A stretch of 64,000 bases of DNA from Macrostomum lignano (Eukaryota): the NCBI GenBank assembly GCA_002269645.1, contig NIVC01002548.1:98269-162268 (forward strand), given 5' to 3'. Each line of letters opens with the position of its first letter. Position 1 is the first letter of the stretch. The translations under genes were made by a program, and so were the position numbers. The notes beneath the pieces are model-generated. The model had not been told where the DNA came from, did no database searches, and saw only the letters and a list, made by a program, of their open reading frames with translations. Shown piece after piece: positions 13,297 through 23,400 of this stretch.

Positions 13297-14455
13297 CTAC
13301 TGCACAAGGCGATTTGGGGGATTCCTCACCCTAGTGCTTCTTCTTGTCGGAGCGATCTCTGGGGGAATCTCAGGCATATTAGTTTGTGGTTGTTGGTGAA
13401 CTTCCTCTTCTTCCTCATCGACTTCAGAGGCAGGAGCCAGCGGGCCGAATTGATTGTTTGAAGCCAGGTGTAGTTTGGCGCCCGTCAGTAGCCTAGAGGT
13501 GTTGTGCCCTTGCGACATCAGGAACTCAGCTCGAGAGCTGGTGGTGTCGCCGTTGGCCTTGAACTGCACCGGGTCGCCCTGCTGGAAGGTGGAGACCACC
13601 GGAACCCGAAGTCGCCGTCCTAGCACGAGCTCGGCAGGCGTTCGTCCGCGTGAATTTGAAGAATTGCGATGATGCAGCAGAGCCTTCTGCAAAAAAGCGA
13701 TTAAGCTGCCATGTGTTAGACGCTGTGTCCATGCCTGCAAGGCCTTCTTGATAGTCTGAACGGCTCGCTCAGCTGCACCATTAGATTGAGGGGAATATGG
13801 AGGGCTCTCCATCTTACGAGCACCGTTCTTTTCCAACCAGGCCAATAGTGGAGCTGAGGTGAACTCCGCTGCGTTGTCCGAAACAACCAGCTCCGGAACG
13901 CCAAAGCGAGTAAAAACCGTTCGCAGCGAGTTGATGACGCTGTCTGCTGATCTGTCCTTTGCGGGGAAAGCTTCTATCCAGCCCGAGTATGCATCAACCA
14001 CGATGAGAATGTTGCCGACGGCTGGTACAAAAGCCCAGTCCATGTGCACTCTTTGAAATGGAGCGGTGGCAGGTGGCCAAGTGTCCCGAGTTTTTTGTAG
14101 ACGAGGTCTTAACTGAGTGCATGCCTGGCATTGATGAACGAATTGCTCCACGTCCCTCTGCATACCGGGCCACCAACAGGTCTGTGCAAGCAACTTGTGC
14201 GCTGCGTTGGAACCCGTATGAGTGTCGTGCACTGCGTCGAAGGCCTCTCGTCTGAACCTTGGTGGAATGCATGAATGCTCGGCGGCGCATGTAGATCAGG
14301 CCATTCTCTAGGGTCAGGCATTCCGCGACTTTCTTTAAGGCTGCCTCTGCTTGTGTGCAGTCTCGCCAGTCACCCGACCGAATGCGGCGAACTATTCGTT
14401 GAAGGAGTCTGTCTGACTCAATTTCGGACGTAAAGTCGGTACGTCTGATGCTCAT
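13297..14455 (-). pseudogene. Gypsy integrase (HHCC + DDE) with upstream pol linker, frameshifted
   Basis: HDTH...CQAC zinc motif, HMDW, VSDNA, SNGAAERA. Frameshift (4-nt insertion) near 14270 separates ORFs 13994-14455 and 13297-14232. Confidence 0.9.
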
Positions 14456-14777
14456 CTCTGGCCTGCAGAACCCAGAAGATCAACGACGCATTCTGGGAGC
14501 CATGCAAACGAGACTTGAAGATCACCGAAATCGTGGATATAGCCAGGACTATCGAACAAGTGTCGAAGTTCGTAGACAGCAGCGATCTTCGAAACGCTGA
14601 CACAGAGCCTACCCAAGAAGGACACTCCATCAACTTCGCAGGGAAGGGAGCTCGGCAGCATCGAGGCGGTAGCATGACCATGTCCGATGAACGGCACATA
14701 GGCGACTGCAAGTTTTGTGGCAGATCTCACCCAGCTGGCAAATGCCCGGCTTACGGCAAGACATGCAATAAATGCAA
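14455..14777 (+). pseudogene. Gypsy gag C-terminal fragment with zinc knuckle
   Basis: GLQNPEDQRRIL...LKITEIVDIARTIE...CKFCGRSHPAGKCPAYGKTCNKC, typical of Gypsy gag; truncated by the LTR fragment. Confidence 0.8.
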
Positions 14778-15128
14778 CAACGCTAGCTCTAGCTAGCAGC
14801 TACTACAACAGCGTCCTTCTACTTTAATAGTTTCAAGGACCGCATGAATATGTAGTCTAGTAGTCCTTGAGTAGTTCTAGTTCTAGTAGAGATGGAGTTG
14901 GAGTCGGAAAACGGGTGGATCATTCATTCTTTATTTTAAACAAAAGAACAATAGGAATGAGATAAATGCATAAATTTAGCTAAAAAATAAATGTAATTTA
15001 AAAAGCAATAGTTTTTATCATTTGGTTAATTAAATGCTAGACATTTAGCCTTGCCTTTGTTGGCAATGAAAATTTGTTTATCTTTATTGCATCTAGAGTT
15101 AAAATTTAAAGTCGGTTGCATTGCGTGC

Positions 15129-15262
15129 CAGTTCAGACAATTCAGACTGGGGGACAATTTTGTCTATGGCTAAACCTTGCTTCGGTGGCAGAATGCTTTG
15201 AACTGGGGTTTGTTTCTATTGATTTTCTGTAAGCGTTGCCCCAGTCTGAATTGTCTGAATTG
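15129..15262. repeat. Short inverted-repeat element (25-bp arms)
   Basis: CAGTTCAGACAATTCAGACTGGGG at 15129 mirrors CCCCAGTCTGAATTGTCTGAATTG ending at 15262; no TSD found. Confidence 0.6.
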
Positions 15263-15686
15263 AATTTCTGCTAGTTTTTTTTAGAACTGGACTTTGGTCA
15301 AAATTAGAGGTGAAAAGGTGTAATATTATAATATATTAAGCCTATTAGGCCTATTTTTAGGGATTACAGTCATTTCGGTGACAAGACGTTTTAGTGACAA
15401 GCAAGTCATTTTGGTGACAAGAAAAATCCCTTTAGTGATGTCCATTTTGTTTTTCAACAGTAAATTACCTTGCAACTCTTAAGGGATATCATACCCTAAC
15501 TTTTTAATAATTTTCTGAAATGGTTAAGTAATTAGCTAATTGATTAACTACTAATTGCTTAATTATTGCTTATTGCTTATTATTATTAGTCCTTAATCAT
15601 ATGAAAATAGAATGAAATGGGCCTAAGCATATAAAAATTATATTTATAGATCAAATTAGGTCTAACTCTAAGGCTAAGCCTAGGCC

Positions 15687-16360
15687 CCATAGTCAGGAAG
15701 GTGGCAGTTTGGTCGGAAAATTCCGGCGCACACAAGCCCTTTTTGGGCACACAACGGCGCACAACGGCGCACAGCGGCGCGCCACAACAGCGCACAGCGG
15801 CGCACTGGCGCACAGCGGCGCACAACGGCGCACACCAGAGGACACCGGCGCATGGCGGCGCGGCGGGGCGGGCGCCGCGCCACATGCAGCGTTACCCTTG
15901 TGGCGATCCCATGTAACGATGTAAGTCGTTACTTGTTACAGTACACTATTCACTGTTCTATCTAATGTAACACTGCATTCTACCAAAAAAAAAATAAAAT
16001 AAAATATTTTCCTTTTCCTTTTTACCTTTGTTTTTGCCATTTGCTTACTTTTTATGTTTGTTTTGTTTTAAAAATTAGAAATTAAATTAAAAATTTTTTA
16101 AATTTCTATTTTCGAATTTCTATTTCTATTTTCAGATCTCAATTTCTCATAATATAATATAGATAGCCCGTAACCGTCCCGTATATTGGCGCACAAAAAT
16201 TGTTGCTATGTTGTAAAAAAAGGTCTTTTATTGTCGCAAGGCAGGTAGTGGCGGGCGCACAACGGCGCACACGAGGGTTTTTGTGTCGGCGCACGGCGCA
16301 CAATTTTGGGAGAGGCCAAAATTTGTTCCGGCGCACACTCTGCCACCTTCCTGACTATGG
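15687..16360. mobile_element. Non-autonomous TIR element (MITE), 8-bp TSD
   Basis: Perfect 21-bp TIR CCATAGTCAGGAAGGTGGCAG; TSD CCTAGGCC at 15679-15686 and 16361-16368; subterminal CGGCGCACA arrays at both ends. Confidence 0.85.
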
Positions 16361-17119
16361 CCTAGGCCTAAGGTTTAGTTTAATCACAATAATTTTTTTA
16401 AATCAGTTTATAAGCTAAGGTGTGCCTTTCATTAGTCTAGGTTAAGGCTAGTCTATACCTACCATAGGGGTGCCAATCATTTTGTCTACTGACAGTTTGT
16501 CTGCTGAGCAAACGAAAAGTTTTCTCTTTCTGGGGTGGGAAGCTGCCCAACCCGCAACTTCTTTATTCATTAACATTGTTAAACTGCTGTACGGATGGTT
16601 GATCTCTTCAAAATGAATATCTTCAAAATATGTCATGTGTGGATTATAGTGCCTACTGGAAATTTTGTCAATTTGAATAATTTTGAATAACTAGGCCTAT
16701 TTGCCGATATTTTATCTTTTTCAAATTTTTAGCAATTTCCTTCTACTACTTCCTTCCTTCTACTTTCCTTCCTTCTAGCAGTTTGTTAAAATTATAAAAG
16801 ACTAGGCTATATGCAGCGCTTTATAACAATGTTAATAGACAAAGGCAGCTCCCCCAGTCCCTCAGCTCCCTAGCTCCCTACCCCTACTCTTTATCCCCAC
16901 CCATTTCCCAGCAGACAAACAGTTTTAGAAGGAAAGGGTGTTTCGTCTACTCAGTAGATGAACTGTTGGCAGACAAATGAACTAGAAACCCTACCATAGC
17001 TACACAAAGGCAAAGCTACATGATTGCACTAGGCCTAACATAAATTTTATATTAGGCCTATTAGTAGGAGCTAGTAGGGTTAGGCCTACCTATGACTATA
17101 TTTAATATATATTATGAAA

Positions 17120-19575
17120 TAAAGGTTAGACAGGATTGAAATCTTTGGGCAAGATTTGGATTGGGAATAATTTTTTTTCTTAGGATTGGGATTAGGATTG
17201 GGATTCGGGAATTGGGATCAATACTTTTAATATATTGTAGCTTGTAGGTCTATATAAAGTTAAACAAAATTGAGCAAAAATGTCAAGATCAAAAATTAAA
17301 ATATGTTGTAGGGCTCTTTTATTATTCTTAAAGTTCTTTTTCTGCTATTAATGTTGTCAAAGGCTTACTTCTGCAGGTCTATTAAGTTTCTAATGTTGGT
17401 AGCTGCCACCAAGACTATTCTATTAATAAATTATGAGTTTATTAACCTTATAATAAGTCTAATAATATTGTTTCTTAGAATATGTCTTAGTATTTGATCT
17501 GAATATTTATCTAAATATAAGTCTAAGTACTTGGTCTATGAATTATTCTTATAATACTATTTGGCCCTCATGAGTATCATTCTTCTGTTATTCTGGTAGT
17601 GTTTCTATTAGTAATTTGGCCTGAGTGGTAGGGGGCCTATATTGGCTTACTGGTATATGTATTGCATATACTTTCCAACCCTATTGGAATAAGTTTTCAG
17701 ACACTGTGGACAGTGCATCTAGTGCGCCATGGCAATCATAAAGTGGCCTGGACGGTGCGTCATGACAATCTTCAAATCCTAAGGTGGTATGGACGATGTG
17801 TCATTCAAATCTTCAAATCCTAGGGTGCCATAGCACTCTAGGTTTAGGTGATATTGTGCATGACTCCAGTCTCTATCATGTTCATTCTGATGATGCATCA
17901 CTCGTTTTTGAGAGATTTAAAGAGATTGAGAGAAAGTTGTGTGTTTTACCGCACTTGTGTTTTACTGCACTCTGTTCTGTACTGTACTTCTGCCCCCTTC
18001 TGTTGTAGTTGTATCTATTTCTTAATTCTTAGTCTACTCGTCTTTTGACTTACAAAGTTACATTGTTGGTCTATTCAAAGAAAAATAAATAATGTAAATA
18101 GTGTGGCAATTGCATCAGTGAGTACTTAAAATAATTACGAACACTGAAACCCTTTACTTCAATTTGGCTAATCGGTTAATACAAAATGAAGAAACTCCGT
18201 GATGAACAACACAGAGTTCACGAACAAACAAAATTGTCTTTGCCTTATCCACACACTTTTTCAGTAGTAGTTGTAGCACTTTGGCTCGGGTCGGGTTATC
18301 AAATCTGATAACTATTTAGCATGGTGTTTCGAAGAATATTTTCACATTTAAATGTCAGCATAAATAAATGTACGCGCAACCAATCAAAAAGATAATTAAA
18401 CAAAGCAGAAAATTTGTTGAGACTTTTAATAGAATTTAGTTTACTTTTTTATTTCTTGCAACTGCGTTATAAGAGAACATTAAGAGCAATTAGCATTTGG
18501 CACTATGTTATAATGTTTATGAGGCAATAAAGAACATTTCTGCTGCGATCTTTCAACTACAATTTCCAATTTTACGATTAACTTGCATGCATATTCTAGA
18601 TGACACAGCAATCAATACATATGATAGGAGATATGCTATACTATAGCCCATAGCAATATTATCAAAGTTATAGAAATTAGAAAAACAAGTTTTACTTACA
18701 GTTTGCTGAATTTCCACCGTGCTGCTGACTTTCTCCTGTGCATGCTTCTCATCCTTGTTCAGCAGCGCTGTATGTAGCGCGTGATGTCCTCCTTGCATCT
18801 TACCTGTGAGCTGCTGTGCGTCATGGCGCATGGCGCGCATAGCGCGCCATGCGCCATGACTATGAGGAAAAAGAAAAAGTGCGCCGGACGCCGTCCGCGA
18901 AAATACCACTTATTCCAATAGGGCTTTCCAAGTCCTCCAAGCCTCCAGTTATTCTTAACATATGTCGATTCAGATCTACTTTGTATTCTCTTACTACTTA
19001 ATACTGCTGCTTCTTAGTAGTATGTACTGTATTTGCTTCAGTCTACTTTACTCTTACTTTCAAAAAAAATTAACACAGGAAAACACCTTCAATTATATTT
19101 TTGGAACTCTTATTCTTTGCTATTAACTGTTTTGTTAGTGAACTGCAATGCGCGAGATTGTCTTTTCCTCTGCCAAAATTTGCTTCTATTTCTACTATTT
19201 TTACTTGTAAATTAAAACAAAACTTGTATTTGTAAAATATTATGAGAAAATCGTACAATATAACAAATCATTTGCTTAGTTTTAGGCATGAATTTGAAAA
19301 CATTGTTACTTGTAGAAATATAGATTGCCCTGCACAAATAAAACAAAATTGATGCAAAGTTTTATAACCAACAAAGTAATAATGTAATGGATGATATGAA
19401 TACAAGGTAAAACAAAATATATTCAAGCAATCACTAATTCTATAAATTTTTAATCAAAAGACCTATTCCCGATTCTTGTATTTTTTTAGGGTTGGGATTC
19501 TAGTCCCGTGGAAATCCAATTCTCCTCAGGATCCCGAGATTTCAGGATTGGGATTGGAATCCTGTTTGACCTCTA
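17120..19575. mobile_element. hAT-like non-autonomous element, 8-bp TSD, carrying a nested MITE
   Basis: TIR TAAAGGTTAGACAGGATT versus revcomp TAGAGGTCAAACAGGATT (15/18); TSD TTATGAAA at 17112-17119 and 19576-19583; GGGATT subterminal repeats. Confidence 0.8.
17679..18923. mobile_element. CCCTATT-ended TIR element, 8-bp TSD (nested)
   Basis: Perfect 15-bp TIR CCCTATTGGAATAAG; TSD CTTTCCAA at 17671-17678 and 18924-18931; shares subterminal AAAAGTGCGCCGGACGCCGTCCGCG with 58982-59573. Confidence 0.85.
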
Positions 19576-20472
19576 TTATGAAATCTTTTTGTACCTATTG
19601 GCATTAGGTCTAGCTTTTTATGAATCTAAAAAGAGGCCTATATTTTTCTACTAGGCCTAATATGAATGTTTTTTTTAAGTAAGGTTAAGGGCTTAGATTT
19701 AGAAATATTCTTTTATCCTAATTTAAATAAAATTAGTTAATTTTAATATTTAAATAAATCTTGCTTTGGACTTTGGAGCCTTGGAAACTGAAAGATATAA
19801 CTTAGCTAGCCTTGGTCTTGGGCCTAATAAAAATAACAAGAGATAATAGTAATGTAGCTATAATAGTATAGCTAAGGGAAGGGGAATACAGGGATATATC
19901 CCCCCATTTGATGATTTATAAGAAATAAAAATTAGGTTTTTTTGGAAAAAAACAAAATAAAGTGGCTTAGACTTAACAAAATTGCCAAAAATTGATCTAT
20001 TTCACTTGTAAATTACTAATAAAATGTTTTAAACAATATTTCTACAAATTCCTAGTTCCTAAAATGCCCTGGCCTAGTCAAGATAGATGTCTACTGGCTT
20101 TATTTTGATTTTAATAAAGTAAAGTTTTTAGCCTAAAAACATTATTTTGGTACTTTCTAAAGGTAATATTTCAAGCAAAAAAAATAAATAACTATTTTAT
20201 TAGTCTATAATTTTGTCCCTAAAAGCTATCCCCTCCTTTTTAAAATATTAGCTACACCACTGATTTACTATAATATGTATAGATAGCTATTAGGCCTAGT
20301 ATTAGTTAAATAATTATATTAGACTTTTAGGCTATAGCATAAAAATGATTATCTTGAACTTTCTATTTAATTGTTTTGAAAAATCAATAAAGAACCTAAT
20401 TAGAAACCACTTTTACAACTATGTTAATATGAGTAGTTGAATTCATTTACTTGCTGTATTTTTTAGTTGCAG

Positions 20473-23400
20473 ATGTCAAACACAACAGGCATGGCTAATT
20501 TGAATCTAACTGGTGATGATGGCACAGTGCCAACTGAGGATGAGGTTAACCCATGGGAGGTGCACGCCTCATCTGCTACTGGTGTGGACTATGACAAACT
20601 TATAAGTGAGTGCACTGCAGTGGATGCTAATTGTCTTCTCCTCTAAAATTTAATAGAGCCAACTTATAGACGATATGATACTCATTTTCAGAGATAAAAA
20701 GTCTAGAAAACACGGGGATTATTGCTTGGGTTATCAAGGTTGTCAAATTCCAGATTTCTATGAAACACTAGGATTACGACTATTGCTTCAGTTATCAAAG
20801 GTGTCAAATTCCAAATTTTTAGGAGACACGGGATTATTGCTTAGATTATCAGTGCTGTCAAATTCCAAGAAACACGGGGATTATTGCTTGGATTATCAGT
20901 GCTGTCAAATTCCAGGAAACACGGGGATTATTGCTTGGGTTATCAGTGCTGTCAAATTCCAGGAAACACTGGGATTATTGCTTAGATTATCAGTGCTGTC
21001 AAATTCCAAGAAACACTGGGATTATTGCTTGGATTATCAGTGCTGTCAAATTCCAGGAAACACGGGGATTATTGCTTGGGTTATCAGTGCTGTCAAATTC
21101 CAGGAAACACGGGGATTATTGCTTGGATTATCAGTGCTGTCAAATTCCAAGAAACACAGGATTATAGCTTGGGTTATCAGTGCTGTCAAATTCCAGGAAA
21201 CACGGGGATTATCGCTTGGGTTATCAGTGCTGTCAAATTCCAAGAAACACAGGATTATAGCTTGGGTTATCAAAGGTGTCAAATTCCAGATTTCCAGGAA
21301 ACACGGGGATTATTGCTCAAATATTTTGTTCCGAATTCCCACCTTGATGCCAGAGCGATTCGGCAGCAGTCCCATTGACTCAGCGCTGCTCAGCAAGTTC
21401 GAGACCGCCCTCGGCCAGCCTCCGCACTTCCTTCTTCGCCGCGGAATCGTGTTCTCCCACCGGGACATGGACCAGATCCTCGCGCTGCACAGTCAGGGCA
21501 AGCCCTTCTTTCTCTATACCGGACGGGGTCCCTCGTCCGAGGCGATGCACATGGGCCACGTGATTCCCTTCCTGTTCACCAAATGGCTGCAGGAGGCCTT
21601 CAACGTGCCGCTGGTGATCCAGATGACTGACGATGAGAAATTCCTGTGGAAAGATATCAGCTTGGAGACGGCCAGGAGTTACACTACCGAGAATGCTAAG
21701 TGAGAGCGCGGTGGGGAGCGATATTGCCTTTTGTGCTACTTTTAGTAGCATATAAATCGTATCAGTTATAAAAGCTTTATAAAAAGCTTTAGCTGAGACA
21801 TCATTAGAATCTCCCTCTACAATCCTTAGAATCGCCCTCTATTATCTTCAGAATCGCCCTCTATTATCCTCAGAATCGCCCTCTATTATCCTCAGAATCG
21901 CCCTCTATTATCCTCAGAATCGCCCTCTATTATCCTCAGAATCGCCCTCTATTATCCTCAGAATCGCCCTCTGTTATCCTCAGAATCGCCCTCTATGATC
22001 CCCAGAATCGCCCTCTATTATCTTCAGAATCGCCCTCTATTATCTTCAGAATCGCCCTCTATTATCTTCAGAATCGCCCTCAATTATCCTCACAATCGCC
22101 CTCTATTATCCTCAGAATCGCCCTCTGTTATCCTCAGAATCGCCCACTATGATCCTCAGAATCGCCCTCTATGATTCTCAGAATCGCCCTCTATGATCCT
22201 CAGAATCGCCCTCTATTATCCTCAGAATCGCCCTCTATTATCCTCAGAATCGCCCTCTATTATCCTTAGAATCGCCCTCTGTTATCCTCAGAATCGCCTT
22301 CTATTATCCTCAGAATCGCCCTCTATTATCCTCTGAATCGCCCTCTATTATCCTCAGAATCGCCCTCTGTTATCCTCAGAATCGCCCTCTGTTATCCTCA
22401 GAATCGCCCTCTATGATCCTCAGAATCGCCCTCTGTTATCCTCAGAATCGCCCTCTATGATCCCCAGAATCGCCATCTATTATCTTCAGAATCGCCCTCG
22501 ATTATCCTTGACTTACTTCTTGACTTAGCTGCAGGGCTGTCCCGAAGGGGACACAGCGGGAAGGCGCGGGCGCCCATTCCGCTAGTCCCTGAACGGCCGA
22601 CGCGTCGCTATGGACGGAGGGTTGGCGCCGCCCAGGGAGGTCCCCCAGTGTCGCCAGCAGCTATGGTGCTCTCTGGAAAGGAGAGTTCAGCCCTGCGGGT
22701 GGCCCGAAGGTAGCGCATGAGCTGATTAAAGTTTTCGGGTTTGCACGCTTGAGTAATAGATGTGTGTGGCCCGAGGTAAGTGAGTCTGGCCCGCGTGAAG
22801 GCGGGACAGATGCTGACGAAATGCTCAGCGGTTTCGTCACCTGAGTTGCAGAAGCTACAGGTGGCGTTGGTGGCGTTGCCCTGCAGGTACTGGTGCCTGG
22901 AGAAGCAGCCGTGACCAGAGAGGGTCATGGTGGCAGCCCGGATGTCTCTGCGCGAGAGGCGCAAGAGGAGCTTCCGGAGCTGGTGAGAGGGCTGAGGGAC
23001 AGCGTCTCTGGATTGCCTGCAGTTCGTGCGGTTCGCCCAAGTCGAGCGGTGCTGAGTCCTGATCCACGCTTTGATGCGCGAGTCGATGACACAGCCAGGA
23101 ATCGGGACAAGAGGTTCGGGGCCGAGAGAGGAGCCGGAGGCACCAACTTTTGCAAGGGTGTCAGCCAACTCATTTCCTCGGATCCCCACATGCCCCGGAA
23201 CCCACTTAAGGGTAATTTTGTTGGCGGAACCCAACATGTTGAGGAGTTTGATACAGTCGAGGACTGTAGCAGAGTTGGTGCTGCAGCCACTGATGGCGTG
23301 CAAGGCAGCTTGGCTGTCCGAATGGAAAATGATGTTCTTACCAGTGTTCTTCATCAGATTTACTGACGCAGATACGCAATGCTGTAAATTAATTTGCAGA

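Larger units (their letters stand above)
12981..14810 (-). mobile_element. Rearranged, internally deleted Ty3/Gypsy LTR retrotransposon
   Basis: 5-bp TSD GCGTC at 12976-12980 and 14811-14815. 186-bp LTR 12981-13166 (TGTCGTAGT...ACTACAACA); a 33-bp LTR end is repeated at 14778-14810 (1 mismatch). PPT-like GACGGGGACA next to the LTR on the minus strand. Integrase on minus, gag fragment on plus. Confidence 0.9.

Noticed and set aside
19847-20262. CAGTGGTGTAGCTA-type MITE
   Set aside because: Left terminus degenerate and no TSD, so the boundaries are not supportable.
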